This document shows, one piece after another, positions 1 to 9,076 of a stretch of 64,000 nt of DNA. Below the pieces are notes generated by a model that ran no database searches, was not told the DNA's origin, and saw only the letters and a program-made list of their open reading frames with translations. The stretch lies in NCBI GenBank assembly GCA_963736115.1, contig CAVTNR010000012.1, positions 128,001-192,000 on the forward strand. The letters are read 5' to 3'. The first letter of the stretch is position 1; the number at the start of each line of letters is the position of its first letter. This DNA comes from an uncultured bacterium. Its GTDB lineage: Bacteria > Zhuqueibacterota > QNDG01 > DTFT01. The position numbers were made by a program, and so were the translations under genes.

Positions 1-2773
1 TCCCGAACCGGACGCTCTTGCTCAGCCGGAGAACCGACGTATAGACGGCCTTCCTCTGCACGTTGTAGGAGAGGGACCGGATCTGCTTGGGGTTCCAGGT
101 CTCCCACGCCCCCGCCTGCCATCCGAGCAGGACATTGGCCAGAAAGCCGCTCATCGGGTGGCCGCCCAGCAGGCGCGGGCCGAATCCGGACGGCGAGACC
201 AGCGAGACATTGACCCGCGCGTAGGGACGGGGCGTCGGCCTGTCCTGGTAGAGGTTGACCGTGGACTCGTCGTACTCCCGCTGCAGGGACGGATCCTCGT
301 AGATCTGTTCGCGGCCGAAGTGCCCGGATGTGGTCACCTGGTATGTGTAATTGCCGAAGAAGGTCCACCACCGCCCCCGGTTCTTCCGGAGCGTGAGCTC
401 AAAGCCGCGGATGTCCTCGTAGCTGTTGCTCGTGGACCGCTGGTAGGAAACGCCGCCGACCGACAGGTACTGGGTGGCGTTCTGCTGGTCGCTGATGTCG
501 TGGTAGAAGGCGGCGACCTGGGCCAGCAGCGCGTTGTCCAGAAGCGCGTAATCGAATCCGAGTTCGTACGAGATCGTCCTGGCGAGAATCAGGTCCGGGT
601 CGCCGAACAGGGTCAGCATGTGGTCGTTGGAACGGCCGATCCGGAAAAGTGATTCATAGGACGGCATCTGCTTGAAGTGGCCGTAATTGAAGAACAGTTT
701 GGAATTCTCCGTGATGGGATGCGAGATCCCGAGCCTGGGGCTGAGCTGCCACTGGGCCCGCGTCTTCTTCATGGGAAATTCCATGTCCTCGCTGTACAGC
801 CGCGTGAAGAAGGTCGCGTTGTACGGGTCCACGTTCCACCACTCGGCGTTCGAGTTGCTGACATCGAGCCGGAGTCCCGCGTTCATGATGAAGCCCTTGG
901 TTTCGAGCTTGTCCTGCACGTAGGCGGCGGCGCGGTAGGGAAACTGATTCATCCGGACGCGCACGTCGTATGAATCGGCGAAATAATTGGAAACGGTGCC
1001 GTAGTCGAACCGCAGGTCATTGTACGTGAATTCGACGCCCGCCTTGACCAGGTTGGCGAAATTGACCTGGCTGGTCATGTCGGCCTTCAGCGTGGTGGAG
1101 GCGGTGCGGGTGTTGTCGCGCTGTTTGCAGGTGAACCCCCCGAACACCATGCCCGATATGCCGAGCTGGTCGTCCGGGTTGTACCCGAACGGCGCCTCGT
1201 CCACGAAATAGCCCGGTACGATCTCGGTTGTCCTCGACGTGTCGCGCAGTGTGCCTTTCCGGGCCCAGTAGTTGCGGGCGAAACGCTCCAGGGAAACCTC
1301 GTAGAACGTTTTCGGATTCAGCGCGTGCGTGAACTTGGCGGACAGGTTCTGATGGCTGATGTCGGTCGGGCTGAAAATGCCCGTCCCGAACAGGGAGGAG
1401 TGGCTGTTGCCGATCACCGAGGCGATCGTGGCGGCGTCGCGGACGTAAAAGGGCGCCCAGTTCTGCATCATGGTGTACTGCTTGCCGATCAGCCCGGTGA
1501 CCACCAGGTGCATGGCGGGAGACAGGTCCGTCGTGAGCTTCATGGACCAGTCGTAGTCGACATAATCGGGCCGGCTCAGGGGCACCACGAGCATGCTGCG
1601 GTTCCGGCGGTAGGAGGTGAAGAAGCGGAGATTGCCCAGCGGCCTGCCGATGAGCGGAATCAGCCCCCCGAAACCCGCGTCGATGTTGTAATCCTGCTGG
1701 TCGTACACCGGCTTCTTGCGGGTCTCCCACATGTACACGCGCTGGGCGCCGAACGGCGACAGGTCGTTGGTCGGGTCGGAATCGCTCATCAGCCGTTCCG
1801 AGATGGCGTTCCATCCCTCGAAATCGGGGTACTGGAGGCGGGTGTACTTGTCCCATCCCGTCCACCGGCCGTCCCCGTTCATGTCGGTGTAGGTTTCGCC
1901 GGCCTGCCAGTTCGCGTCGCCGTTCCCGTCCGTGAAAGGCTCGCCCGCGGTTCCCATCCAGCAGACCTCGTCGTCGAAATACGGCTTGAGGAAGAAGCCG
2001 TTCCGGTCGAACGGCGAGATTCCGAAGTTCTTCATGCCCGGCGGCGAGATCTTGAATTCCACGCTTCCCTGGTATCCCGATTTGCCGCCCTCCCGAGTGA
2101 CCACGTTCACGATGCCCGAGCGGACCTGGCCGTACTCGGCGTTGAATCCGCCGCGCTCGATCGAGATCTCCTTGATGGCGGACAGCGGGATGCTGGACAC
2201 GGGCGAGTTGTTCCGCGGGTCGCGCAGGGTGATGCCGTCCATGAGAATGAGGGCCTCATCCGCGCCGGCGCCGCGGATCTGGAATCCGCCCTGGATGCCG
2301 GCCTGGAGGGACACCACGTTCTCGACGTTCGAGACCGGCAGTTCCCGCACTTCCTCAGCGGACACGGCCGTGACGCTGGTCGCGACGTCCGGCCGGACGG
2401 CCTCGCGCTTCGCGGCCACGGTGACGGCCTCTCCCTTGAGCACCTCCTGCTTCATCTTCAGATCCACGCGCGCGGTCTGGTCGATCAGGACCCGGACGTC
2501 CTCCACGGAAGTCCGGGCGTATCCCATGAGCGAGATGACCACGGTGACCGTTCCCGGCGGCACTTCCAGAATCGTGTAATTGCCGTCCAGGTCCGTCGCC
2601 GCTCCGAGAGCCAGACCCTGAACCATCACATTGGCCCCGGGCAGGGGAGCTCCGGTTTTTCCGTCGACAATGGTTCCTGCGATTTTTCCCCGGGTGCCGG
2701 AGACGGCCGGAACCGACAGGACGGCCGCGCAGAACAGGATCCATCCCAAGATCCGGTGTTCAGCAGTTTTCAT
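1..2773 (-). CDS. TonB-dependent receptor (CarboxypepD_reg N-terminus + plug + barrel), 3' end runs off the window
   Basis: Not in the ORF track (no stop in window). Manual translation from ATG 2773 (SD GGAGG upstream): MKTAEHRILGWILFCAAVLSVPAVSGTRGKIAGTIVDGKTGAPLPGANV...GAATDLDGNYTILEVPPG...IRGAGADE...IERGGFNAEYGQVRSGIVNVVTREG, typical TBDR N-terminus and plug motifs. Confidence 0.9.
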   Translation of the reverse strand, partial: MKTAEHRILGWILFCAAVLSVPAVSGTRGKIAGTIVDGKTGAPLPGANVMVQGLALGAATDLDGNYTILEVPPGTVTVVISLMGYARTSVEDVRVLIDQTARVDLKMKQEVLKGEAVTVAAKREAVRPDVATSVTAVSAEEVRELPVSNVENVVSLQAGIQGGFQIRGAGADEALILMDGITLRDPRNNSPVSSIPLSAIKEISIERGGFNAEYGQVRSGIVNVVTREGGKSGYQGSVEFKISPPGMKNFGISPFDRNGFFLKPYFDDEVCWMGTAGEPFTDGNGDANWQAGETYTDMNGDGRWTGWDKYTRLQYPDFEGWNAISERLMSDSDPTNDLSPFGAQRVYMWETRKKPVYDQQDYNIDAGFGGLIPLIGRPLGNLRFFTSYRRNRSMLVVPLSRPDYVDYDWSMKLTTDLSPAMHLVVTGLIGKQYTMMQNWAPFYVRDAATIASVIGNSHSSLFGTGIFSPTDISHQNLSAKFTHALNPKTFYEVSLERFARNYWARKGTLRDTSRTTEIVPGYFVDEAPFGYNPDDQLGISGMVFGGFTCKQRDNTRTASTTLKADMTSQVNFANLVKAGVEFTYNDLRFDYGTVSNYFADSYDVRVRMNQFPYRAAAYVQDKLETKGFIMNAGLRLDVSNSNAEWWNVDPYNATFFTRLYSEDMEFPMKKTRAQWQLSPRLGISHPITENSKLFFNYGHFKQMPSYESLFRIGRSNDHMLTLFGDPDLILARTISYELGFDYALLDNALLAQVAAFYHDISDQQNATQYLSVGGVSYQRSTSNSYEDIRGFELTLRKNRGRWWTFFGNYTYQVTTSGHFGREQIYEDPSLQREYDESTVNLYQDRPTPRPYARVNVSLVSPSGFGPRLLGGHPMSGFLANVLLGWQAGAWETWNPKQIRSLSYNVQRKAVYTSVLRLSKSVRFG

Positions 2774-3101
2774 GTCAACCTCCAGACAAAATGCGTCCAC
2801 GGTATTGCTTGTTCATTGAAAAGACGAATGGTTGTATCCGTCTGTGACTGACTCTCTCGCGTAAGTCGATCTACCGACAGAATACGCTCAAGGCGCTCCT
2901 CTGTCATGATTATTTCCGATAATGAATGAAATAACTGCGCTGGACAGGATACGAAAGATAATTTGTACGGAATTTTTGAAAATCAGGAACCGAAATACGG
3001 TCTTCGGGAATGTCGCGACCCTCAGCAATCCAACAGTTTGTTTCCATTCGCATGGGTTCTCCGGATGCCGGGTGCAGATGAATGGAACTCGTCCTATTAC
3101 A

Positions 3102-3119
3102 GTAAACGTTAACGATAAC
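3102..3119. promoter_or_regulatory. Candidate LacI-family operator (GTAAACGTTAACGATAAC) between divergent TBDR and GH2 operon
   Basis: Near-palindrome GTAAACGTTAAC centred on CG, in an AT-richer 890-bp intergenic region. Confidence 0.35.
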
Positions 3120-3663
3120 GCCGAAAACCGGTTCTTCAGGCGTCCGGATCAGAGATGAATATGTGTTTCGCTATTTATCGAAAGGAATGGTTCGAATAAG
3201 ATACAACTTTTTATCCCGAATGCAAGTTGTTTTCATTTTTTACTAAACCGCTCCATCAGCCGGATCCTGAAAACGCGAAAATGACCGGAAATCGGCCATG
3301 CCCGGACATCCCATTCATGCTTCTACGGCGCGTTCATTCCGCACCTGTCTTATCCGTTGGTCCGGCAGCAGGGCTGTTGCATTTCCCAGCTAAGAGTATT
3401 CACCCCCCAAATGACAAACCTTTCAATCGGGCGGCCAGAAGCCTGGTCATTCCGGTTCCAGTTTTTCTGAATGATCGGAGATTGGGCTTCTGGCCGCTCC
3501 GACGGGTCGGCTTCTCGGCCTCTTTCGGGGTCCATCATCCAAGTTTCTTGCGATACTCCGCTGCTGACGGCAGGGTCCTTCAATATTTTATAGTGGCATT
3601 TTTTTGAAATTTGTTTTAACTTGAAATAGCGAAGAATCCCTCTTCCCTCAAAGGAGCCGCCCG

Positions 3664-6105
3664 ATGAAATCCCGGCCTGTCCTGAAGACAATTCCCATCC
3701 TGACCCTTCTGCTCATCACCGCTTGCCCGTTGCTGGATATAGCCGCAGGCGCCGCTTCTCCCCGAAAAGAGGATAATTTCAACGGGGATTGGAGATTCAA
3801 GCTTGGCGAAGTCTCGGACGGCCAAGCGGCCGGCCTGGACGATTCCGGATGGAGAAGCCTGACTCTTCCCCACGACTGGAGCATAGAAGGTGAATTCAGC
3901 GAATCGCACCCCGCCTCTCCGGGTGGCGGCGCCCTGCCGGGCGGCATCGGATGGTACCGCAGGACATTCAGCATCAGCGATGCGGACCGGGGGGGGCTGG
4001 TTTTCGCGGATTTCGACGGTATCTATCGAAACGCCGAAGTCTGGATCAACGGCAAATCCCTGGGCCTGCGGCCCTCTGGATACAGCTCCTTCAGGCTGGA
4101 GCTGACCCCATTCCTCAATTACGGCGATATTCCGAACGTGCTGGCCGTGCGCGTGGACAACTCGGCACAGCCCAATTCCAGATGGTACTCGGGGTCCGGC
4201 ATATACCGGAACGTCCGGCTCGTGACCACGGGCCGGATTTTTACGGACCTCTGGGGCGTTTTCATCACCACGCCCGAGACAGGCACTGAAAGGGCATCGG
4301 TCCGCGCTGAAATCCGTCTCCGGAACCGGACCCGGTCCGACCGGACGGTCACGGTCTCAACCCTTTTCCGCGACGACCGCGGCGCATCGGCCGCGGAAGC
4401 CTCGGCCGATGTTCTCGTACCCGCGGATTCCTACGCGTCCGTGGTCCTGAACGCGGAGATCCGGAACCCCGGACTGTGGTCCGTCGACTCGCCCCGGCTG
4501 TACACGGCCGAGACCGCGATTCGTGACGGAGCCGAAACCCTCGATGCCGTGACCACGCCTTTCGGCATACGGAGTTTCGTTTTCGACCGGGAGAAGGGAT
4601 TCCTCCTCAACGGCAGGCCGGTGAAGATACTCGGCGTGTGCAACCACCACGACCTCGGCTGTCTCGGCGCGGCCGTGAACCGGCGGGCCCTGGAGCGCCA
4701 GCTCGAAATCCTCAAAGACATGGGCTGCAACGCCATCCGCACGTCCCACAACCCGCCCGCGCCGGAACTGCTGGACCTCTGCGACCGCATGGGATTTCTC
4801 GTCATGGACGAGGCCTTTGACATGTGGCGGAAGAAGAAAACCGAATTCGATTATTCCGCGGACTTCGACGCCTGGCACCGCCGCGACCTCGAGGCCATGG
4901 TCCTCCGCGACCGGAACCACCCGTCCGTGTTCGCCTGGAGCATCGGGAACGAGATTCTGGAACAGTGGGACAGCACGGGCACGCCCCTGGCGGTCGAACT
5001 GGCCGGCATCGTGCGGTCCCTGGATCCGACGCGGCCCGTCACTTCGGCCTGCAATGACCCGAAGCCCGGGAACGCAATCCTCCTCTCCGGAGCTCTCGAT
5101 CTGATCGGATACAACTACCACCACGACACGTTCGCCGATTTCCTCCGGACCTTCCCGGAGGGCGCGTTCATCGGCGCCGAGACGACCTCGGCCCTGGCCA
5201 CGCGCGGCCGCTATGACATGCCGTCCGACAGCATCCGGCGCTGGCCGGTTGCGTGGGACAAGCCTTTCACGGATGGGAACCCGGACCACACCTGTTCCGC
5301 TTATGACAACTGCTCCGCGCCCTGGGGATCCACGCACGAGGAGACCTGGCGGATCATTCGAAAATATCCGTTCCTGTCGGGCCTCTTCATCTGGACGGGA
5401 TTCGACTATCTGGGCGAGCCCACTCCCTACGGCTGGCCCGCGCGCTCCTCCTATTTCGGCATCTGCGACCTGGCCGGATTCCCCAAGGACGCGTACTACC
5501 TGTACCGGAGCGAGTGGACGGACGAGCCAGTGTTGCACGTGTTCCCCCACTGGAACTGGAAGGCCGGGGACACGGTGGACGTCTGGGCCTACACGAATTT
5601 CAGGACCGTGGAGCTCTTTCTCAACGGAAAATCGCTCGGGAAGAAGGAAAAAGCCGGGGATCTCCTGCGCCTCCAGTGGCGCGTGGCCTGGCAGCCGGGC
5701 GTTCTCAAAGCCGTGGGTACGAAACCCGGATGGAAAAACGCGGTCCGTGAAGTGCGCACGGCGGGGCCGCCCAGCCGCCTGGTTCTGGAGCCGGACCGCC
5801 GCCGCATCAGCGCGGACGGAGAGGATCTGTCCTTTGTCACCGTGCGCGTCACGGATGCGGACGGAATCATCGTGCCCCATGCCGCAAACCGCGTCGATTT
5901 CACCGTGACCGGGCCCGGAATCCTGGCCGGCACGGACAACGGCGACCCGACCGACCACGATTCCTTTCAGTCCTCGTCCCGCAGGGCCATGGCCGGGCTG
6001 TGCCTGGCCGTCATCCGGTCCGCGGGCAGGCCGGGGACCGTGATCGTGCGGGCCAGAAGCGAGGGGCTTCAGCAGGCCGCGGCCGCGATCCGCGCCGAGG
6101 AATAA
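3664..6105 (+). CDS. Glycoside hydrolase family 2 (beta-galactosidase-like, DUF4982 type), secreted
   Basis: Signal peptide; motifs LPHDWSIE, SRWYSGSGIYR, NAIRTSHNPP, RDRNHPS..WSIGNE, WTGFDYLGEPTP; SD AAGGAG. Confidence 0.95.
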   Translation: MKSRPVLKTIPILTLLLITACPLLDIAAGAASPRKEDNFNGDWRFKLGEVSDGQAAGLDDSGWRSLTLPHDWSIEGEFSESHPASPGGGALPGGIGWYRRTFSISDADRGGLVFADFDGIYRNAEVWINGKSLGLRPSGYSSFRLELTPFLNYGDIPNVLAVRVDNSAQPNSRWYSGSGIYRNVRLVTTGRIFTDLWGVFITTPETGTERASVRAEIRLRNRTRSDRTVTVSTLFRDDRGASAAEASADVLVPADSYASVVLNAEIRNPGLWSVDSPRLYTAETAIRDGAETLDAVTTPFGIRSFVFDREKGFLLNGRPVKILGVCNHHDLGCLGAAVNRRALERQLEILKDMGCNAIRTSHNPPAPELLDLCDRMGFLVMDEAFDMWRKKKTEFDYSADFDAWHRRDLEAMVLRDRNHPSVFAWSIGNEILEQWDSTGTPLAVELAGIVRSLDPTRPVTSACNDPKPGNAILLSGALDLIGYNYHHDTFADFLRTFPEGAFIGAETTSALATRGRYDMPSDSIRRWPVAWDKPFTDGNPDHTCSAYDNCSAPWGSTHEETWRIIRKYPFLSGLFIWTGFDYLGEPTPYGWPARSSYFGICDLAGFPKDAYYLYRSEWTDEPVLHVFPHWNWKAGDTVDVWAYTNFRTVELFLNGKSLGKKEKAGDLLRLQWRVAWQPGVLKAVGTKPGWKNAVREVRTAGPPSRLVLEPDRRRISADGEDLSFVTVRVTDADGIIVPHAANRVDFTVTGPGILAGTDNGDPTDHDSFQSSSRRAMAGLCLAVIRSAGRPGTVIVRARSEGLQQAAAAIRAEE

Positions 6106-6113
6106 CGCACAGC

Positions 6114-6187
6114 GCACGGGGCAAAGCGCAGAGTATCTTTCTCGTTCCAACGGTCCCCGTGGGAACGCCTGCGATCGGCGCTCCACG
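6114..6187. repeat. Composite REP-like repeat, copy 1 (GCACGGGGCAAA + palindrome CGTTCCAACGGTCCCCGTGGGAACG)
   Basis: Similar direct copy at 7654-7733; stem-loop core. Confidence 0.75.
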
Positions 6188-6340
6188 CCATGCGTCATGT
6201 CCTTCCCGCAGTGCGCCGTGCCCCATGCGCTCTGCGCCGTGCAATCTTATTCTCCGGCCTGGGGCTCCCGCCCCTGGGCGGCTGATGCGCTTTGCCCTGT
6301 ACGCCATCATTGGATCACTAAATAAAAGGAAGGACATCCG

Positions 6341-7642
6341 ATGCGAACATTAAAAATGATACGGTTTGCCCGTCCGCTGAACGGGATTCTGGCTCTCGCC
6401 TTCCTCCTCCCCGCCGTCTCCTCGCAAGGCCAGATCGCCGCGGGAAAGGACAAGTTTCTCGGCAACATCATCGCGAACGGCTACAGCCCGCCGGCGCGGT
6501 TCGACACGTACTGGAACCAGGTGACCCCGGAGAACAGCGGCAAATGGGGATCCGTGGAGGGAACGCGGGATCAGATGAACTGGGGCAGCCTGGACAAGAT
6601 CTACGAATACGCGAAACATCGCGAAATTCCATTCAGGATGCACACGCTGGTCTGGGGCCAGCAGCAGCCCGGCTGGATCGCCTCTCTTTCCCGGGAAGAA
6701 CAGCTCGCGGAAGTCGAGGAGTGGATCGCCGAGTTCGGCGACCGGTACCCTGAGACGGATTTCATCGACGTGGTCAACGAGCCCCTTCACGCGCCTCCGT
6801 CCTACATGAACGCCCTCGGCGGAAGCGGAAGCACGGGGTGGGACTGGGTGATCCGCGCGTTCGAGCTGGCGCGGGCCGCCTGCCCGGACGCCAAACTGCA
6901 CCTGAACGACTACGGCATTCTGAACGACGCCGGGTCCACGACGCGCTACCTCGCCATCGTCAACCTGCTGAAGGACCGCGGCCTGATCGACGGAATCTGT
7001 GAACAGGGCCATTTCTTCGAATCGACGCCCATACAGACCCTCACCTCCAATCTCAACCGGTTCGCGGCCGTCGGCCTGCCGGTCTTCATCACGGAACACG
7101 ACGTGAACATCGCGGACGACACGGCGCAGCTGAACCGGTACAAGCAGCTCTTTCCCGTTTTCTGGGGCCACTCCGCCGTTCAGGGGATGACCCTCTGGGG
7201 CTACATTCAGAGTCAGATCTGGCGGACCGACGCCTGGCTGATCAACAGCAAGGGCGTCGAAAGGCCGGCGATGGAATGGCTCAAGGATTACGTGGCGAAT
7301 GCGACGGCCGTCGATGCCGGACCGGCCGGGCCCGGCTCCGCGCCGGGAAGCTTCCGCCTGCACCCGAACTCGCCCAATCCGTTCAATCCGTCCACCCGGA
7401 TCGCGTATGAACTCACCGAACCGGCGCATGTGCGGATCGAAGTGTTCGATCTGAAGGGCCGGAGGATCGCGGTTCCGGTGGACAGCCGGACCGCAGCCGG
7501 CTTTCATGAAACCGGGTGGGAGGCCCGCGACCGGTCGGGCCGAAGCCTGCCCGGAGGCGTGTATGTATATCGGATGACCGTCGCGGATGGGAGCGGCCGG
7601 GTGCGCCCCGTGCAATCCAGGACCATGCTCCTGCTGAAGTGA
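6341..7642 (+). CDS. Endo-1,4-beta-xylanase GH10 with C-terminal FlgD-Ig/T9SS-like sorting domain
   Basis: WNQVTPENSGKW, HTLVWG, DVVNEP (acid/base), ITEHD (nucleophile), CTD NSPNPFNPST. Confidence 0.95.
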   Translation: MRTLKMIRFARPLNGILALAFLLPAVSSQGQIAAGKDKFLGNIIANGYSPPARFDTYWNQVTPENSGKWGSVEGTRDQMNWGSLDKIYEYAKHREIPFRMHTLVWGQQQPGWIASLSREEQLAEVEEWIAEFGDRYPETDFIDVVNEPLHAPPSYMNALGGSGSTGWDWVIRAFELARAACPDAKLHLNDYGILNDAGSTTRYLAIVNLLKDRGLIDGICEQGHFFESTPIQTLTSNLNRFAAVGLPVFITEHDVNIADDTAQLNRYKQLFPVFWGHSAVQGMTLWGYIQSQIWRTDAWLINSKGVERPAMEWLKDYVANATAVDAGPAGPGSAPGSFRLHPNSPNPFNPSTRIAYELTEPAHVRIEVFDLKGRRIAVPVDSRTAAGFHETGWEARDRSGRSLPGGVYVYRMTVADGSGRVRPVQSRTMLLLK

Positions 7643-7653
7643 AAACGCCGGGG

Positions 7654-7733
7654 GCACGGGGCAAAACGCAGGGGGGCAGTAAAATTTATCGTTCCCACGG
7701 TCCCCGTGGGGACGCCCGCTCCCGGCGCTCCGC
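7654..7733. repeat. Composite REP-like repeat, copy 2 (palindrome CGTTCCCACGGTCCCCGTGGGGACG)
   Basis: Direct repeat of 6114-6187. Confidence 0.75.
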
Positions 7734-7804
7734 GACGTGACTTTTTCGCTGTACGCTTTGCTGTTCTCGACAATCCATTCATTCAACAAAAAAAGGACCG
7801 CCTC

Positions 7805-9076
7805 ATGCGTCGTCTCGCGACATGTCTGTTCCTCATCGCCCTCCTGCTTCCGGCCGCCTCTTCGCGGAGCCAGTTCATGAGCGGCAGGGACAAATTCCTC
7901 GGATGCATCATCCAGGGCGGCTCGTCCATCCCCAGATCCTGGCCCACCTACTGGAATCAGGTGACGCCCGAAAACGCAAGCAAGTGGGGCTCCGTCGAGT
8001 ACAGCCGCGACTCGTACAACTGGGCCAACCTGGACCAGGCGTACAATTACGCCAAGACGAACGGATACCCGTTCCGGTTTCACTGTCTCGTCTGGGGCAA
8101 ACAGCAGCCCGGGTGGATCGCGGATCTCGATTCCGCGCAGCAGATCGAGGAGATCGAGGAGTGGTTCACCCTGGCCGGCGAGCGGTACCCGGAGGCCGAT
8201 TACGTCGAAGTGGTCAACGAAGCCATTGAATGGCCCCCGTACGACTACTATCCGAGCTACCGCAACGCGCTCGGCGGCGCCGGCGCCACGGGCTGGGATT
8301 GGGTGATCAAAGCATTTGAAATGGCGCGGCAGGCATTTCCGGATTCGAAGCTCCTGCTGAACGAATACCAGCTCTTCGGCGGCAACAAGTCCATGACCAC
8401 CTGGCTCACAATCGTCAACCTGCTGAAGGAGCGGAACCTCATCGACGGCGTTTGCGAGCAGGGGCACTTTCTCGAAAGCGCCGGCGCCGCGGGCATCAAG
8501 AGCCGTCTGGACCAGATGGCCGCGACCGGACTGCCCATTCAGATCACCGAATTCGACCTGAACTTCGCGGACGACACCCAGCAGTTGAACAAGTACAAGG
8601 CTATATTCCCCGCCCTGTGGGAGCATCCGGCGGTCGAGGGCATCACGTTCTGGGGGTACATCCAGGGTACGATGTGGCGGACCGATGGATGGCTGCTCTC
8701 CAGCAGGGGCGTCGAGCGTTCGGCCCTGGTGTGGCTCAAGGAATACATCGCGAACTGGACGTCCGCCGTTTCCGGACCCGCTGAAGCCCCGGGTCCGGAA
8801 GGCTACAGCCTTCTGCCGAACTTTCCGAATCCGTTCAACCCCTCCACGTCCATCCGCTTCACTTTGCCGGCGGCGGGCCGGGCGGACGTGTGCATTCTCG
8901 ACGTGTCCGGCCGGACCGTGGCCTTGCTGGCCTCCGGCTTCAGGTCCGCGGGCCTGCACACCGTGCAGTGGAACGGTCTGGACGACACGGGCGCCGCGGT
9001 TCCGGCAGGCGTGTATTTCTGCCGGATGAACGCCGGTCCTTTCACTGAAACCCGCAAGCTGACGCTGGTCAAATGA
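7805..9076 (+). CDS. Endo-1,4-beta-xylanase GH10, paralogue of upstream gene, with FlgD-Ig/T9SS-like CTD
   Basis: Start MRRLATCL after AAGGA; WNQVTPENASKW, EVVNEA, ITEFD, CTD NFPNPFNPST. Confidence 0.95.
   Translation: MRRLATCLFLIALLLPAASSRSQFMSGRDKFLGCIIQGGSSIPRSWPTYWNQVTPENASKWGSVEYSRDSYNWANLDQAYNYAKTNGYPFRFHCLVWGKQQPGWIADLDSAQQIEEIEEWFTLAGERYPEADYVEVVNEAIEWPPYDYYPSYRNALGGAGATGWDWVIKAFEMARQAFPDSKLLLNEYQLFGGNKSMTTWLTIVNLLKERNLIDGVCEQGHFLESAGAAGIKSRLDQMAATGLPIQITEFDLNFADDTQQLNKYKAIFPALWEHPAVEGITFWGYIQGTMWRTDGWLLSSRGVERSALVWLKEYIANWTSAVSGPAEAPGPEGYSLLPNFPNPFNPSTSIRFTLPAAGRADVCILDVSGRTVALLASGFRSAGLHTVQWNGLDDTGAAVPAGVYFCRMNAGPFTETRKLTLVK

Noticed and set aside
1325-2851. Long alternative ORFs such as 1325-2851(+), 6350-8959(-), 15112-17385(-), 35095-36756(+)
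   Set aside because: Antisense shadows of real genes caused by high-GC codon bias; no recognisable motifs
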